Notes: a model not told the origin generated them from the sequence alone. 63,635 nt of DNA, filler included, from Octopus bimaculoides (GCF_001194135.2; 5 parts of 4 records of this genome joined end to end with filler, not necessarily neighbours in it), one strand, 5' to 3'. Counted from the first letter of the whole stretch, positions 1 through 14,869 are shown. Made by a program: numbers and translations.

Positions 1-1444
1 ATATATATATATATATACGCGCGCGCGTTTGTGTGTTTTCTAAATACCCTAGTCTAGATTTGTTGACTTGATTTGGTGGTAAGAGTTCGTATGCCAACAT
101 TTATATTATGGTCTAAGCTAAGGTCAAAATACAAAGCTACTATACTAGCTGACAATCATAACGTTTTTCTAACTCAATGCACATATGCTAGTCGTAAAAA
201 GAACCATGACTCCATACTACATTCTACTGGTAAGAGAAGAAGCATAGCATTAATAAGTGGCTCTCTTCTCTTGGAATACTGAATTTAAATTCACCTACAG
301 GCCATGAATAAATGATTGGAAACTATTCAAGAGTATCGTCCAATAATAGTTCATTGAACTGAGAGGAACTGCAACTATCGTATCACCTTGTGATAGGATA
401 CAGTCCATGAACCAATGAGAAATTTATAGTTTTATGTATACAAATACTTTTAGGAATAATTATACATTGACAGAAATGTTCCAGTGAAACAGTTAATCGT
501 ATTTCTCTATGTTCTCCCCTAAACATAAACATAAAATCGAATTTATTACGCTGTGCACCAACAGCGTAAAGGTAGCAGTTTAATAAAAGGCTATGGAAAG
601 TAGGTTTCGTACCACAAAGCCTATACGTTTCGGCATACAAGTATAACATTCTAGGGACCTCTTGGAAAAAATCTCTAATATTCATTACTAATACCAAAGA
701 AAATAGAGGAGTGTGTGAAGCAATATTAATTGAAATGTAAGGTGAGCTAGAATCATTTATTAGACTCACCCCAAGCTTATTTCCTGTGCACTGGTATTCA
801 CGACCAGTTATAAAGTAAACATTCCCGTCATTGTTGTTTATGATGGATTTACTCTGATATCGAACAGAGCTGTGATTAATGACATTCTAGCCATGACCTC
901 TTCGCTTCGTTCTACGTTTGATTCTGTCCTAGACTGTCCAATCTAGTATGCATTTTACTTTTTAAACTAGTAAAAATGAACGAAAAGATATTTGCCAGGT
1001 AAGTCGAATCAGGAAAGGGAAATTAGTGCTAGCGGCAACTTTTTCTAGCGGCAGACCTCATTGGAATTTTTCATGATAAATAGATTCCACTTAAATCAAT
1101 AATTTAACAAATCTATGTAACTATGAAGTATGAAGTGTAAATAGATAACCAAATCCTCAACATTTTTACTAAGTATGTGGATGAATGTTAGACTGAATGA
1201 ACAAATATATTTAAATTAACCAAACTAAACAGAAGGTAAACTTAAAAAGTTGTTAAAATGATTTTCACTCAGTGATACAGATTTTTACTCACACAGAGAC
1301 GTAAATGTTTATGCAGATGCATATACATATCACGGAAGGACACATAGGACAGTGTGTCGTTAAACAGGTCGCAGAATGTACGACGAAAAACCTTTGACAG
1401 TCAAATAAATTAATAATGGCTTCAAATTTTTCCACAAGGGCAAC

Positions 1445-1630
1445 CATTTTGGGGGAGGGGAGAGTCGATTTCATCGATCCCAATGTTTCACAGGTACTTA
1501 ATTTATCGACCTCGAAAGGATGAAAGGCAAAGTCGACCTCGGCGGAATTTGAACTCAGATCGTAGCGACGGGCGAAATACCGTTAAGCATTTCACCCGGA
1601 GTGCTAACGATTCTGCCAGCACGCAGCCTT
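1445..1630 (-). mobile_element. SINE family A (head GGCGAGCTGGCAGAATCGTTAGC...GAGTTCAAATTCCGCCGAGGTCGAC)
   Basis: A- and B-box-like head with a conserved tail, ending at (AAT)n; homologous to at least ten other copies in the window. Confidence 0.85.
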
Positions 1631-1634
1631 AAAA

Positions 1635-1760
<126 letters not shown>

Positions 1761-2291
1761 GATAAAAATAAAGTGAAGATCAAATAAATAGTATGTGTGT
1801 TTAATTCACAATAAACGAACCATCCCCAAGTAAAAAATAGATTTTTATATATTCATGGCATTATACATATATCAAACAATATATATATAACATGAAGGTT
1901 TCTCAGATTTTGCATGCTGGAAGGAAAATTCCACCGGTGGCTCGGTATTATGCTCCTAAATTTTAGGGAAAAAAATAAAGCCTATATACATAGACATTTA
2001 TACATATGCGTTTAATAAAATTCTCATCAGCATGATAACAATACCGCTGAAATTTTTGCGAGGGCGTAACATTTTTCCACACACCAACAATAATTCCGGA
2101 TAATTATGTCACAATTCTAAAATAGTTTGCAGGTACTTAATTGCTATATTCCTACCAATAAGTACATGTACACAGACACAGAATGCAAAATTATATAAAA
2201 TTGCATATATTCGTAGGTATGGGTTTATACTTAGGTATATGTTTCTATGTCTAATTTGTGTTTATATAGTGTGTATGTATAAATATATGTA

Positions 2292-2328
<37 letters not shown>

Positions 2329-2591
2329 NNNNNNNNNNNNNNNNNNNNNNNNNNNNNNNNNNNNNNNNNNNNNNNNNNNNNNNNNNNNNNNNNNNNNNNN
2401 NNNNNNNNNNNNNNNNNNNNNNNNNNNNNNNNNNNNNNNNNNNNNNNNNNNNNNNNNNNNNNNNNNNNNNNNNNNNNNNNNNNNNNNNNNNNNNNNNNNN
2501 NNNNNNNNNNNNNNNNNNNNNNNNNNNNNNNNNNNNNNNNNNNNNNNNNNNNNNNNNNNNNNNNNNNNNNNNNNNNNNNNNNNNNNNNNNN

Positions 2592-2636
<45 letters not shown>

Positions 2637-4399
2637 GCATTTGTGTGTGTATTATATACGTATATAAATATATATATAAATATATATATATATACACACA
2701 CATATATATATATATATATATAATATATGTATAAATATATATTTTTATATATATATATATGCACGTAACATATGTACACACACACATACATGTATAAGTG
2801 TGTAAAGGTGTGTCTGCGCAAGTATGTTTGTGTGTGTATGTGTGTGTGCGTGCGTCCGTGTCTGTGTATGTGTGTGTGTGTGTAATCGTATCTCTGATAA
2901 CAGTTGGACGTGTCGTGTCCACTACATGTGCGGGTGTGTGTATATATAAATAGTTACTTAAAATCGTATATCGGCCAGACATGTCAGCCATTGCATCAAT
3001 AGCAAAAATCCAGACGATTTTGTTTCTAGAACGCATTACAGAATAAAAGGAACAATATCGCCAACGGGAGAAAAAGAAAAAGAAAAAGAAAGCAAAATGT
3101 ACTAAAAACAAATAATGAAAAAAATACTAATAATATTAATAACGATTTCTTTATTATTAATAATGATTTCTTCCTAATAACAATAACAGTACTAACAGTT
3201 ATACCAATAAAAATAACAAAACTAAGAGCAAATCCTAGTGATGTGTGTGTTCTTGTTCCTCACTAAAATAGATTTTCTAGCAAATTTCCGTTTGTAAATA
3301 TTTGGAGGAACTGAATCTACTGACGTTCTGATATTGTGGTAGGAGCTGTGCGGTGACGTTGAGGGTGGGTTGTGTTATGTTATTTTGGTTGGGCGTTGGG
3401 CGAGGCTGTAGGAGAACTAAGCATTTTATACGGTCTGGTCGCTTGAAACGGCATATTTTGATTCAATTAGATTTACGCGACATTGCATTAACATAACAAA
3501 CATACAAATAAATAAATTTACAAAAAACAAAGACTAAAAAGAACATTAAAAAATGAATAAATATGACTTAGAAACAAAATCAGGCACGGATAAAAATCAA
3601 CTAGAACTGCAAATCATAGGAACAAAAAAATATTTATATGTAAAGTGGAAAAGTGAAGAAAAACAGACATCTGCATTAGATGAGAAATACACACATGCAA
3701 ATGCATACAGACATATAAACACAGACACATTCGCACATGTATGTATGTATGTATGCATGTATGTATATATGCATGTATGTGTGCGTATGTATATATATAT
3801 ATGTATATGTATATATATGTATTTGTATGCATATATATATATACATATATATACGTATACATACACATACACACGCACACACACACACACACAAATTTGT
3901 GTGTTGGGAGATGACGAGCTTGTGTACGCGTGTTTGTGTGGGTGTGTATATATATGTCAACCTAAGTGAATTTCCATGGACAAATATTGTACTCAATACG
4001 TGTGTTATTAACGTATTTATTTTGAGTGAGTCAATGTATGAATTAACGCATCGTCCCCGGTAGTTTCGCGTCTGAGCTGCTAACTCAGGCTACATTGAAA
4101 TGGTATGGGCACCAATGACTTTTTACAAGGCACACACATAGTTTTTGGGACTTGGAGATTAACCCAAAGAGTTATAAGAAGCAAAACTCATATTTAGTTC
4201 TCCTAACAGAGCTGTATGTCTTTCCATACTCATGAGATTGCCGAACATTTGTCTGCCCAATACATACGAACATACATGTGCAATCATACGTGCATATACA
4301 CACACACACACACACACAGACACACACATACATGCACGCCCACATACACACACACACACACACACATTCACACACACATATTTATATTCTTTAACTTGC

Positions 4400-4680
4400 A
4401 ACATACTGGCGTACCTGGCGTCGAACAAATCGACCCCAACACTTATTTCTTAAGCTTAGTAATTATTCTATCAGTTTCTTTTGCAGAACTGCTAATTTAC
4501 GGGGGCGTAAACGCACCAACACCGGTTGCCAAGTGATATTGGAGGACAAATACAGAAACAGAGACACTCACTCATTGATATTTACATATATGTATATATA
4601 CGACATGCTTCTATCAGTTTCCATGTATCAAATCTACTGAAAAGAATTTGGTCGGCCCGTGGCAATAGTAGAAGACACTA
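4400..4680 (-). mobile_element. SINE family B copy (5'-truncated)
   Basis: TTTGGTCGGCCCG.GGC.ATAGTAGAAGACACT and CTTTTGC.GAAC.GCTAA.TTACGGGG.CGTAAAC blocks. Confidence 0.8.
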
Positions 4681-5901
4681 AATTCCGAATAATAGTCTTT
4701 AGTTATACTTCTGCTGATTTTTAATAAAACATATTACTCTACCTCGGGTATTTGAGTACTCTTTTTTCCACCTTGTTGCACTGTCATACCGGCCATGATG
4801 AAATACCACAAGGTGTAGAAAATACGTATTCGCCTTTATATATTTAATCCTTTATATTGAACACTCAATATTTCATCTATTCAATAAGACATATTCCATA
4901 TATTCAATAAGACATTCAATACTTTATTTCATAGTACCATACATTTTTATTTTATATTATATATTGTATATTATATTATATATTGTATATTCCATATTCT
5001 ATATCCCACATTGGTTTTGCAGGAATATAAATAAGACATAAAAAACAGACAGCGTTGGAACTCTTTTAAACAAAATAATATATTCCTCTATACACAATCA
5101 TACAANNNNNNNNNNNNNNNNNNNNNNNNNNNNNNNNNNNNNNNNNNNNNNNNNNNNNNNNNNNNNNNNNNNNNNNNNNNNNNNNNNNNNNNNNNNNNNN
5201 NNNNNNNNNNNNNNNNNNNNNNNNNNNNNNNNNNNNNNNNNNNNNNNNNNNNNNNNNNNNNNNNNNNNNNNNNNNNNNNNNNNNNNNNNNNNNNNNNNNN
5301 NNNNNNNNNNNNNNNNNNNNNNNNNNNNNNNNNNNNNNNNNNNNNNNNNNNNNNNNNNNNNNNNNNNNNNNNNNNNNNNNNNNNNNNNNNNNNNNNNNNN
5401 NNNNNNNNNNNNNNNNNNNNNNNNNNNNNNNNNNNNNNNNNNNNNNNNNNNNNNNNNNNNNNNNNNNNNNNNNNNNNNNNNNNNNNNNNNNNNNNNNNNN
5501 NNNNNNNNNNNNNNNNNNNNNNNNNNNNNNNNNNNNNNNNNNNNNNNNNNNNNNNNNNNNNNNNNNNNNNNNNNNNNNNNNNNNNNNNNNNNNNNNNNNN
5601 NNNNNNNNNNNNNNNNNNNNNNNNNNNNNNNNNNNNNNNNNNNNNNNNNNNNNNNNNNNNNNNNNNNNNNNNNNNNNNNNNNNNNNNNNNNNNNNNNNNN
5701 NNNNNNNNNNNNNNNNNNNNNNNNNNNNNNNNNNNNNNNNNNNNNNNNNNNNNNNNNNNNNNNNNNNNNNNNNNNNNNNNNNNNNNNNNNNNNNNNNNNN
5801 NNNNNNNNNNNNNNNNNNNNNNNNNNNNNNNNNNNNNNNNNNNNNNNNNNNNNNNNNNNNNNNNNNNNNNNNNNNNNNNNNNNNNNNNNNNNNNNNNNNN
5901 N

Positions 5902-5942
<41 letters not shown>

Positions 5943-5944
5943 TA

Positions 5945-6310
5945 GTGGTTTCAGGTCTCTCAGAACGTTCGTCATTATCGACATTCGTTCGGCCATCTCC
6001 GAAACATCAGAACCACTCGTACACACGTTTGTGGTTCATACACTGCTTTCTATAAAGTTTCTGCAATTTTGCGTGGGCTTTTGGGCAGGTATCACTATGA
6101 TACCAGAGAAGCTAGGTCTCATCATGACAACGTTCTATGTCACAGTCAACGCGACGATCACGTGTTACACACGTTACTTCGAAGCACTGCTGTAAACAGC
6201 GGAAGTGAGTTAGAACGTTAAAATTTAGAGCACATGCTTAGCAGAATTCAAGCGACTTTACTCTGCGTGCTCCAGCTTCGTTACTATGGCAACAGTCCGG
6301 ATACTTATTG
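5945..6310 (-). mobile_element. Mariner 5' remnant
   Basis: The minus strand reads VYEWF*CFGDGRTNVDNDERSERPET, typical of the mariner N-terminal region (VYEWF.RF..GR.S..D..RSGRP). It is truncated by a microsatellite and gap. Confidence 0.7.
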
Positions 6311-6384
6311 ATCAGACCTAGCATGTGTGTGTGCGTGTATATATATACACAGTCTTATGCTTATACATATATAAACATAGAGAT

Positions 6385-6685
6385 TGCACCTAGAAAGTTA
6401 CCCTTCCAGGCACAAGTCCGAGCAAGGTTGTTTATGGAAGACCAGCAGTCACTCATACATACCAGCCTCTCCTTTCCACACCACCAGTGTTATCCAAGGG
6501 AAAGGCAAAGGCCGATACAGCTTGGCATCTTTGACGTTGCAACTCATTTCTACAGCTGAGTGAACTGGAGCAATATGAAATAAAGTGTCTTGTTCAAGAA
6601 CACAATACGCAGCCCGGTCCGGGATTCGAACTCATAACCTCACGATCATAAGCTCGACGCTTTAACCACTGAGCTATGTGCCTTC
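6385..6685 (-). mobile_element. SINE related to family C (same head and central block, different tail)
   Basis: GCTGAGTGAACTGGAGCAA..TGAAATAAAGTGTCTTG.TCAAG.ACACAA block shared with 54950-55000; tRNA-like head at 6610-6685. Confidence 0.75.
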
Positions 6686-6798
6686 ACAAACATATATATA
6701 TATATGTATGTATGTATGTATATATACACATTCTTATGCATATACATATATATATATACATACATGTATATAAATATATATATAAATATATATATATA

Positions 6799-6835
<37 letters not shown>

Positions 6836-6859
6836 GTGTGTGCGTGTGTGTGTGTGTGT

Positions 6860-6895
<36 letters not shown>

Positions 6896-7431
6896 ATATA
6901 TATATATATATGTGTATATAATTCCAAGAGAGTTACAGGTTGTGAATCCAACCATCTAAGGGATAATATCAATTCAATATACTGCTGGTAAAATACCCAA
7001 TTATTAATACATAATAGTTTTTCATTGCGTGACAATTAAACTACTGAATGTAAATAAATAGGTGAGAGTAAAAAGTTGTTTTACCCTTAATTTAAACGGC
7101 AATAAGAAAATGGAGGGAATGAAGCGGTGGTATTCATCAAATTTTAGACATTATATTATATTTATTTATTCTTTAAAAAAAAAGAAACAATTATAACACT
7201 ATACATACATGTATAACATATTATGTTTTACAAATATAAAAATACCAGTAATTCTACTATTCTACATTATATATTTTAATAATTACTGTTATTTTTATAT
7301 ATGTAAAGCATATGTTATACATGTATGTATATTGTTATATTTTTTTAAAAAATAAATAGACATAATATAATGTCTAAATGTTGATGAATACCACGTCTTG
7401 ATCCCCTTCATTTTCTTATTGCCTATGTCTG

Positions 7432-7472
<41 letters not shown>

Positions 7473-7509
7473 TTATCTACCTATCTATCTATCTATCTAN
7501 NNNNNNNNN

Positions 7510-7570
<61 letters not shown>

Positions 7571-10500
7571 CGCATTTATGCAGTGACCATCCTTAAACTT
7601 TTGAAGCAGGAAACATACTGGTCCTCTTTACTCAATGTGTCTTGTAAAACAATTTGGTGTCATTTGAAAGAGATTTTAGCTGCTATTTGTAGCTGTTCAA
7701 TCGACATTCCTTTGAGATGTGTATTGCATTAAACATTCACTCGTTTTTCACTCCACTGTTTTCCTTTTTTTTTTCCTTTAGTAAATTTAACATTGTTCTT
7801 TGCAGATTTCTCTTATTCTCTTTGTACTTAAAAGGCCTGATGATCGATAGCTGAGCAGTTTTTTTCAGTAAGGAGCTCTTTTGAATAAACACAATGACAA
7901 CACTTGCAAGAGAGGTGGTGATGTAATATTTAATTGCATCGACTTCAGTACAAGTTAATCTATGAAGAACGATTACTAAATCATTACTAAATGAACCCAG
8001 TTTGTAGAGTAATCAATTATTAGCACTATGGAGTGATGAGTGAACGTGGCCGCGTTGAGATGATTTTCATTCTATGATTGCACTTAACAGTCCATTGTCA
8101 ATGTTTCACCTCACTCCAAGTAGCTCTGTAGAATTAACCATTAACGGTTCATTATTTTGCAAGTAATGTTAAACTGAACAGAACTAGAAATGAATAGGAT
8201 ATATATATTTTTTTTTTTTTTGTATAAAGGATATAAGCATTGCACTGTAATTTTAAAAATATTCACTTTCCAATCACCGTCGATCCGGATTCAAACCCGC
8301 ATAGCGCTGAATGGGCATGTGTCCTCTGCTGTAGCCTCGGATCGACGGAAACTTTGGAGATTTGATAGTCGGAATCAGTATCAACATATGCTTGTGTGTA
8401 CGTGGGTATGTTCGTAGTAGGTGTTAATATCAATGTCTGTGCAGAAGGATGTTAAGTCTGGAATGACGAAAAGCAAATTCACCTCGGCGGAATTAGAACT
8501 GAACATCAGAGTGTATTAATTTAGAACCTGAAGGTATATTCTATTTTCTTTTATTTCTTTTTATGTTTCAGTCCAAAGGTTGCGGCCATGCTGCAGCACC
8601 GCCATTGTAATCACCTTTTCAGTTGTCATGGTTATGCGATTGGGTTTTGGCGGAAAAGGCAGTTCTTTGAGTTTTTGTCGTGATATAGGTTCATCTGAGA
8701 CCTTGGACAACAGGAGGTCCATTATTTCTTGAAAACGTCACCTACTCCATGAAGTTTCCTCGGGTGTTTTGGCAAGTCATTAGATAGCTGTGGGACCTTG
8801 AATACCAATTTGTTCCTGGACATGGTCCACATTCTATACAGGGTAGCTGGGGCCATTGACACAGTGTAGTGTCATCCAGTTCGGGGACTGGCATAGCTTT
8901 CGATGTGGTATAGCTTTCCGGGACTCGTGTAGTTTTCGATCCTGGTGCCAACCCCACCAGGATCATCCACGCATACCACTCCCGCCTTCGCACTAGTGAG
9001 AAGAGTTGTAACGCTTTAAGATGTGCATTTTATTCTATCAACACTGACAACATATTTCAGCAACAAAAGAGGTGAATATTCAAAGAGTGGAAGACAGAAT
9101 CAGGTGGGCGTCTTGCGATATATCATTATGTATCTTGACAAATTGAATTCAAATTATGCCAATGTCCACTACCAGCCATTTTGGATCGATAGGATTAAAA
9201 TTTTACTCAAATACTGATTCGGTAAATTAAAATTGATCAAGAGAGTTCCGAACTAAGAACCTGGATCACTATAGTAACGAAACCTTGGGTTTATCGATTA
9301 GTCTATACTTCCTCACAAAGTTGATGGTCGTGTGCTTATATTATAACTTTATATGTAAGTTCTCGGACCCATCTCTTTCACCCCGAAGCGTAAACGTGGC
9401 GAAGGAGCTTTACAAGAGATCTGAAGGAAATTACGAACTCAGGAATCAGTATCGACACACTTCTCAGTACATACTATATTGTTAACTTCTATTATTATTT
9501 AGCATTAGTGTAACATTAAAAAAAAAAATCTATAATCAAAAGCATGCAGTCCAAAAACACATCGACGTTATTGTGGTATGTCAAATGCCATAGGCCGAGG
9601 TTTCCTTTCCTTTCTCAACTAGACAGGGTATAAATTAAGGAACTTGCTTGTTATTTGCAACAGCGTAAGCAGTTGTAACGATGTTGACTCATTGCCTGTC
9701 TAATATTATTTGTTGTGAGAAGTAGGAATCTCCTTGCGTGTTCTCACTGCGTGGTTTCAATATTCTTTGGCTACAGGCTACTTTACTTCATTTGAACTGT
9801 CAATATTGCGGAACGATGTATATATCGTATATCCAATTTTCATACTCTCTAAAATTATGATAAATAAATGAATATTAATCTGTGAAGGAATAAAGCAATA
9901 AACCAAACTTCCATTTATTATATTCCTTTAACGCGATACAACATATGCATATAAAGCATTTAATAAATTTATATAAAAAAAACTATATTTCGAAAATAGC
10001 AGCAATAATGTTGGCGGAAACGGTAAGCTCTGTGAAGCATAAAACTGAAAGCGTTAAAGTATTCATTTTTCGCTTTCAGCTTTCTGCATAGAAATCCAAA
10101 CATGGTCAATATTGCTCTTTCATCTTTAGAAGGATCAATATATATATATATANNNNNNNNNNNNNNNNNNNNNNNNNNNNNNNNNNNNNNNNNNNNNNNN
10201 NNNNNNNNNNNNNNNNNNNNNNNNNNNNNNNNNNNNNNNNNNNNNNNNNNNNNNNNNNNNNNNNNNNNNNNNNNNNNNNNNNNNNNNNNNNNNNNNNNNN
10301 NNNNNNNNNNNNNNNNNNNNNNNNNNNNNNNNNNNNNNNNNNNNNNNNNNNNNNNNNNNNNNNNNNNNNNNNNNNNNNNNNNNNNNNNNNNNNNNNNNNN
10401 NNNNNNNNNNNNNNNNNNNNNNNNNNNNNNNNNNNNNNNNNNNNNNNNNNNNNNNNNNNNNNNNNNNNNNNNNNNNNNNNNNNNNNNNNNNNNNNNNNNN

Positions 10501-11113
10501 NNNNNNNNNNNNNNNNNNNNNNNNNNNNNNNNNNNNNNNNNNNNNNNNNNNNNNNNNNNNNNNNNNNNNNNNNNNNNNNNNNNNNNNNNNNNNNNNNNNN
10601 NNNNNNNNNNNNNNNNNNNNNNNNNNNNNNNNNNNNNNNNNNNNNNNNNNNNNNNNNNNNNNNNNNNNNNNNNNNNNNNNNNNNNNNNNNNNNNNNNNNN
10701 NNNNNNNNNNNNNNNNNNNNNNNNNNNNNNNNNNNNNNNNNNNNNNNNNNNNNNNNNNNNNNNNNNNNNNNNNNNNNNNNNNNNNNNNNNNNNNNNNNNN
10801 NNNNNNNNNNNNNNNNNNNNNNNNNNNNNNNNNNNNNNNNNNNNNNNNNNNNNNNNNNNNNNNNNNNNNNNNNNNNNNNNNNNNNNNNNNNNNNNNNNNN
10901 NNNNNNNNNNNNNNNNNNNNNNNNNNNNNNNTATATTTGTATTTATATATACAACGTGTTTCTTTCAATTTCTGTGTACCAGATCCTCTCACAAGGCTTT
11001 GTTCCACCGAAGAATCTAGGTGCCACGCAGTGGGAGTGAGTCCCGAATAATGTGATTCGGATACACATTCCTCACCACACTGCCAATGTATATACAAATG
11101 CATACATATATAT

Positions 11114-11144
<31 letters not shown>

Positions 11145-11186
11145 TGCATATATGTATATATATATATGAATATAGATTGATAACTA

Positions 11187-11486
11187 TTTGCCAACGTAAA
11201 GTGGAAGTCCTGATTAGGACGACGTTACTACCTTTTTTAGCTCCAGGGAAACATCTTTTCCAGCTGGCTACCGACGCACAGCTGTGACCTTATATATTGA
11301 ACAAGGCCTAGTACTGCCACAGGTTATCCTCAGGTACCGTTTAAGGCTGTGTAGGGACATTAGCTCTCTCGTTCGAGCTATAAGGACGCAGTTTTGGCTC
11401 GGTAGCCAGCTGGAAAAGTTGTTTCCCTGGGGATAAAGTAGGTAGTAACATCTTCCTAATCAGGAATACCACTTTACGTTAGTAAA
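11187..11486. mobile_element. 300-bp MITE-like element with 88-bp terminal inverted repeats
   Basis: 11187-11274 is the imperfect reverse complement of 11399-11486. Its internal part is re-used at about 11600-11730. No clear TSD. Confidence 0.8.
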
Positions 11487-11986
11487 CAGATTTTTCTCTG
11501 TAGTACTATTTCTGCTTACTTTTCGCTCAGAGATTTAAAACTAATTTTCCTCTTTACCAGATCAGTGATTGTGTGTCGATTTAAAAGTATATACCGCCAA
11601 CAAGGCCTCGTGCTGCCATCTCTAGCCAACTGCTATCCTGTGCCGATGGAGGGAAATAACCCCAAAGCCATTGTCCGCAGGTACCGTTTAAAGCTAAGTG
11701 AGGATATTAGCTCACTTGTTCGAGGTATATGTACAAGTGAACTAATGTCCTTATACCTTAGCTCATATAAGGTTAGGGTTAGCTTATACCTTATATAATG
11801 TCGGTATATAACGTATACCGACATTATATACCTTATAGGTGTGTGCATACGCGTGTGTATTTGTACTTGTGTGCATATATACATGCCAGTGTTTATGTCG
11901 TCATAGTTTTAAAACTAATTACTTTTCTCTATTTGAATGTATTTGTATATGTATATATATATATATGTGTGTGTGTGTGCGCGCGC

Positions 11987-12054
<68 letters not shown>

Positions 12055-13027
12055 NNNNNNNNNNNNNNNNNNNNNNNNNNNNNNNNNNNNNNNNNNNNNN
12101 NNNNNNNNNNNNNNNNNNNNNNNNNNNNNNNNNNNNNNNNNNNNNNNNNNNNNNNNNNNNNNNNNNNNNNNNNNNNNNNNNNNNNNNNNNNNNNNNNNNN
12201 NNNNNNNNNNNNNNNNNNNNNNNNNNNNNNNNNNNNNNNNNNNNNNNNNNNNNNNNNNNNNNNNNNNNNNNNNNNNNNNNNNNNNNNNNNNNNNNNNNNN
12301 NNNNNNNNNNNNNNNNNNNNNNNNNNNNNNNNNNNNNNNNNNNNNNNNNNNNNNNNNNNNNNNNNNNNNNNNNNNNNNNNNNNNNNNNNNNNNNNNNNNN
12401 NNNNNNNNNNNNNNNNNNNNNNNNNNNNNNNNNNNNNNNNNNNNNNNNNNNNNNNNNNNNNNNNNNNNNNNNNNNNNNNNNNNNNNNNNNNNNNNNNNNN
12501 NNNNNNNNNNNNNNNNNNNNNNNNNNNNNNNNNNNNNNNNNNNNNNNNNNNNNNNNNNNNNNNNNNNNNNNNNNNNNNNNNNNNNNNNNNNNNNNNNNNN
12601 NNNNNNNNNNNNNNNNNNNNNNNNNNNNNNNNNNNNNNNNNNNNNNNNNNNNNNNNNNNNNNNNNNNNNNNNNNNNNNNNNNNNNNNNNNNNNNNNNNNN
12701 NNNNNNNNNNNNNNNNNNNNNNNNNNNNNNNNNNNNNNNNNNNNNNNNNNNNNNNNNNNNNNNNNNNNNNNNNNNNNNNNNNNNNNNNNNNNNNNNNNNN
12801 NNNNNNNNNNNNNNNNNNNNNNNNNNNNNNNNNNNNNNNNNNNNNNNNNNNNNNNNNNNNNNNNNNNNNNNNNNNNNNNNNNNNNNNNNNNNNNNNNNNN
12901 NNNNNNNNNNNNNNNNNNNNNNNNNNNNNNNNNNNNNNNNNNNNNNNNNNNNNNNNNNNNNNNNNNNNNNNNNNNNNNNNNNNNNNNNNNNNNNNNNNNN
13001 NNNNNNNNNNNNNNNNNNNNNNNNNNN

Positions 13028-13079
<52 letters not shown>

Positions 13080-13842
13080 GAAAGCACACAGCAGAAACTT
13101 ACATTATAAGTACTTGAAATAGAAAATCATTTTACGAAGTCGCAGTTCTATTTAGGCTTATACATGAAAATCAATATATGCAAAAAAGAGAAAAATGCAA
13201 AATGCATATTTCTCATATATTTATGCATGTTTCTATTATATACAGGCATCAATATATATATCTATAAACATACTTAGATGCATACATATCTAGATACAGG
13301 TATTCATTTATTTTATACATTTATATACACATATATTTAGTATGTTGTCTACTTTACGTACATGTACGCATCTAGATAATGTTGTAATATATAATGCATC
13401 AACTCGTTGGATGGGTAAATATTTGAGTGCACAAATGAGCATCTGATAAACACTAACTGATGTACGGTTGTAAGGAAAAATAATATCTGAATAACAAGAA
13501 AGGACAACAATAACAGCAGCCGAAGCAGGAATGATAATATAACAAACAATACAAGAACAACAACAACGAAAACAACTTATCAAGAACAGAATCAAACAAT
13601 AACAAGAGAAACAAAGGAACTACATAGTTATTCTATTTTACTCCTACTTCAAAATACATTCAGTAGAAATAGATGGTGTAGTTTAGGTGTACAAAGGAGG
13701 CGAATCAATTAGAGAAAAAGTGCAGATTCGCAGATAGTGATGTACTCTACCACCTTTCAAAACATATCTACGTACATGCATGTGTCTTTGATTGCATGTG
13801 CATGTGCATGAATCTATATACTTTTATAAATATACGTATGCT

Positions 13843-13878
<36 letters not shown>

Positions 13879-14869
13879 TTTATGTATATAAACATACACC
13901 CACACAAACATTTTTGTGATCATATATAAAACCGCTGTTTGTCAAATTTGGCACATCTATGCTCAAGATAGGCAATATTTTCTATGAAAGACTAGCTTTT
14001 ACCCATGCATGCAGTTGTCGCCTCCTCAAACGAACGAAGTTTATCGAAGAGGAAAAACCTTCACCTGGAGATGATACAGCCTTGGTACTATTGTCTATGA
14101 TGTCATTGCTAAGAGAACGCATGGCGTCGAAATTGATAACAAATATTACCTGACAGCTAAGAGTTTCAGCTATGTATCGCGTTCTAATGTTCCTTTTAAA
14201 TGACCCCGAATAATATCTGATAACGATGGATTCGAACTCAAGTCACCATCACTCGGAACGAACATTGTCATGCAGTCTAGAGAACACTGAAGCGACTCTA
14301 GTAAATTCGCTGCTATTCTTATGTCTCTAGTTTAATTAGTTTTTGAGTTTAAAGAAAGATGATGGAATCTGCTCATAATCGAAGTTGAATGAACTCTATA
14401 ATTTAGTCAACAAAGAAAAGATATATTGAGAAATTGTGCTTTGAATCGGTAAGCCTTGGTTTTAGGAATATACATGTCGGCATTAAAACATATACATATA
14501 CACAGACAGAGAGTTACGCACACTCATAATACACAAACGCATACAAACATACACTTTGGCATACATACACAGTTGCAAACTTCTAAGACTAGGTAAACTT
14601 CTAAGCTTGTGATTTTAGTACTCGTATATATTTTAGTGTCATTTTGAGAAGTAGCAATCATAAAAAATGAACTGTTATGTCTAGAGTCAGAAGACGAATA
14701 TTGGACTGCCTGCGATTTTTTAGCGATTCACCCATCACAACGCATCTCATTTCCTTTACATAACATGAAACAGTTAGAGAAAAAGGATGTGATGTTTATT
14801 TCCCCAAGATATGAAAGATGATTTCTTTTAAATGGTGACCATTTTCCAATTTGCATAAACATGCTCTTT

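Noticed and set aside
60-770. ORFs 73-282 (+) and 383-769 (-) and several GT-AG pairs
   Set aside because: No recognisable motif; the splice combinations tried give early stops.
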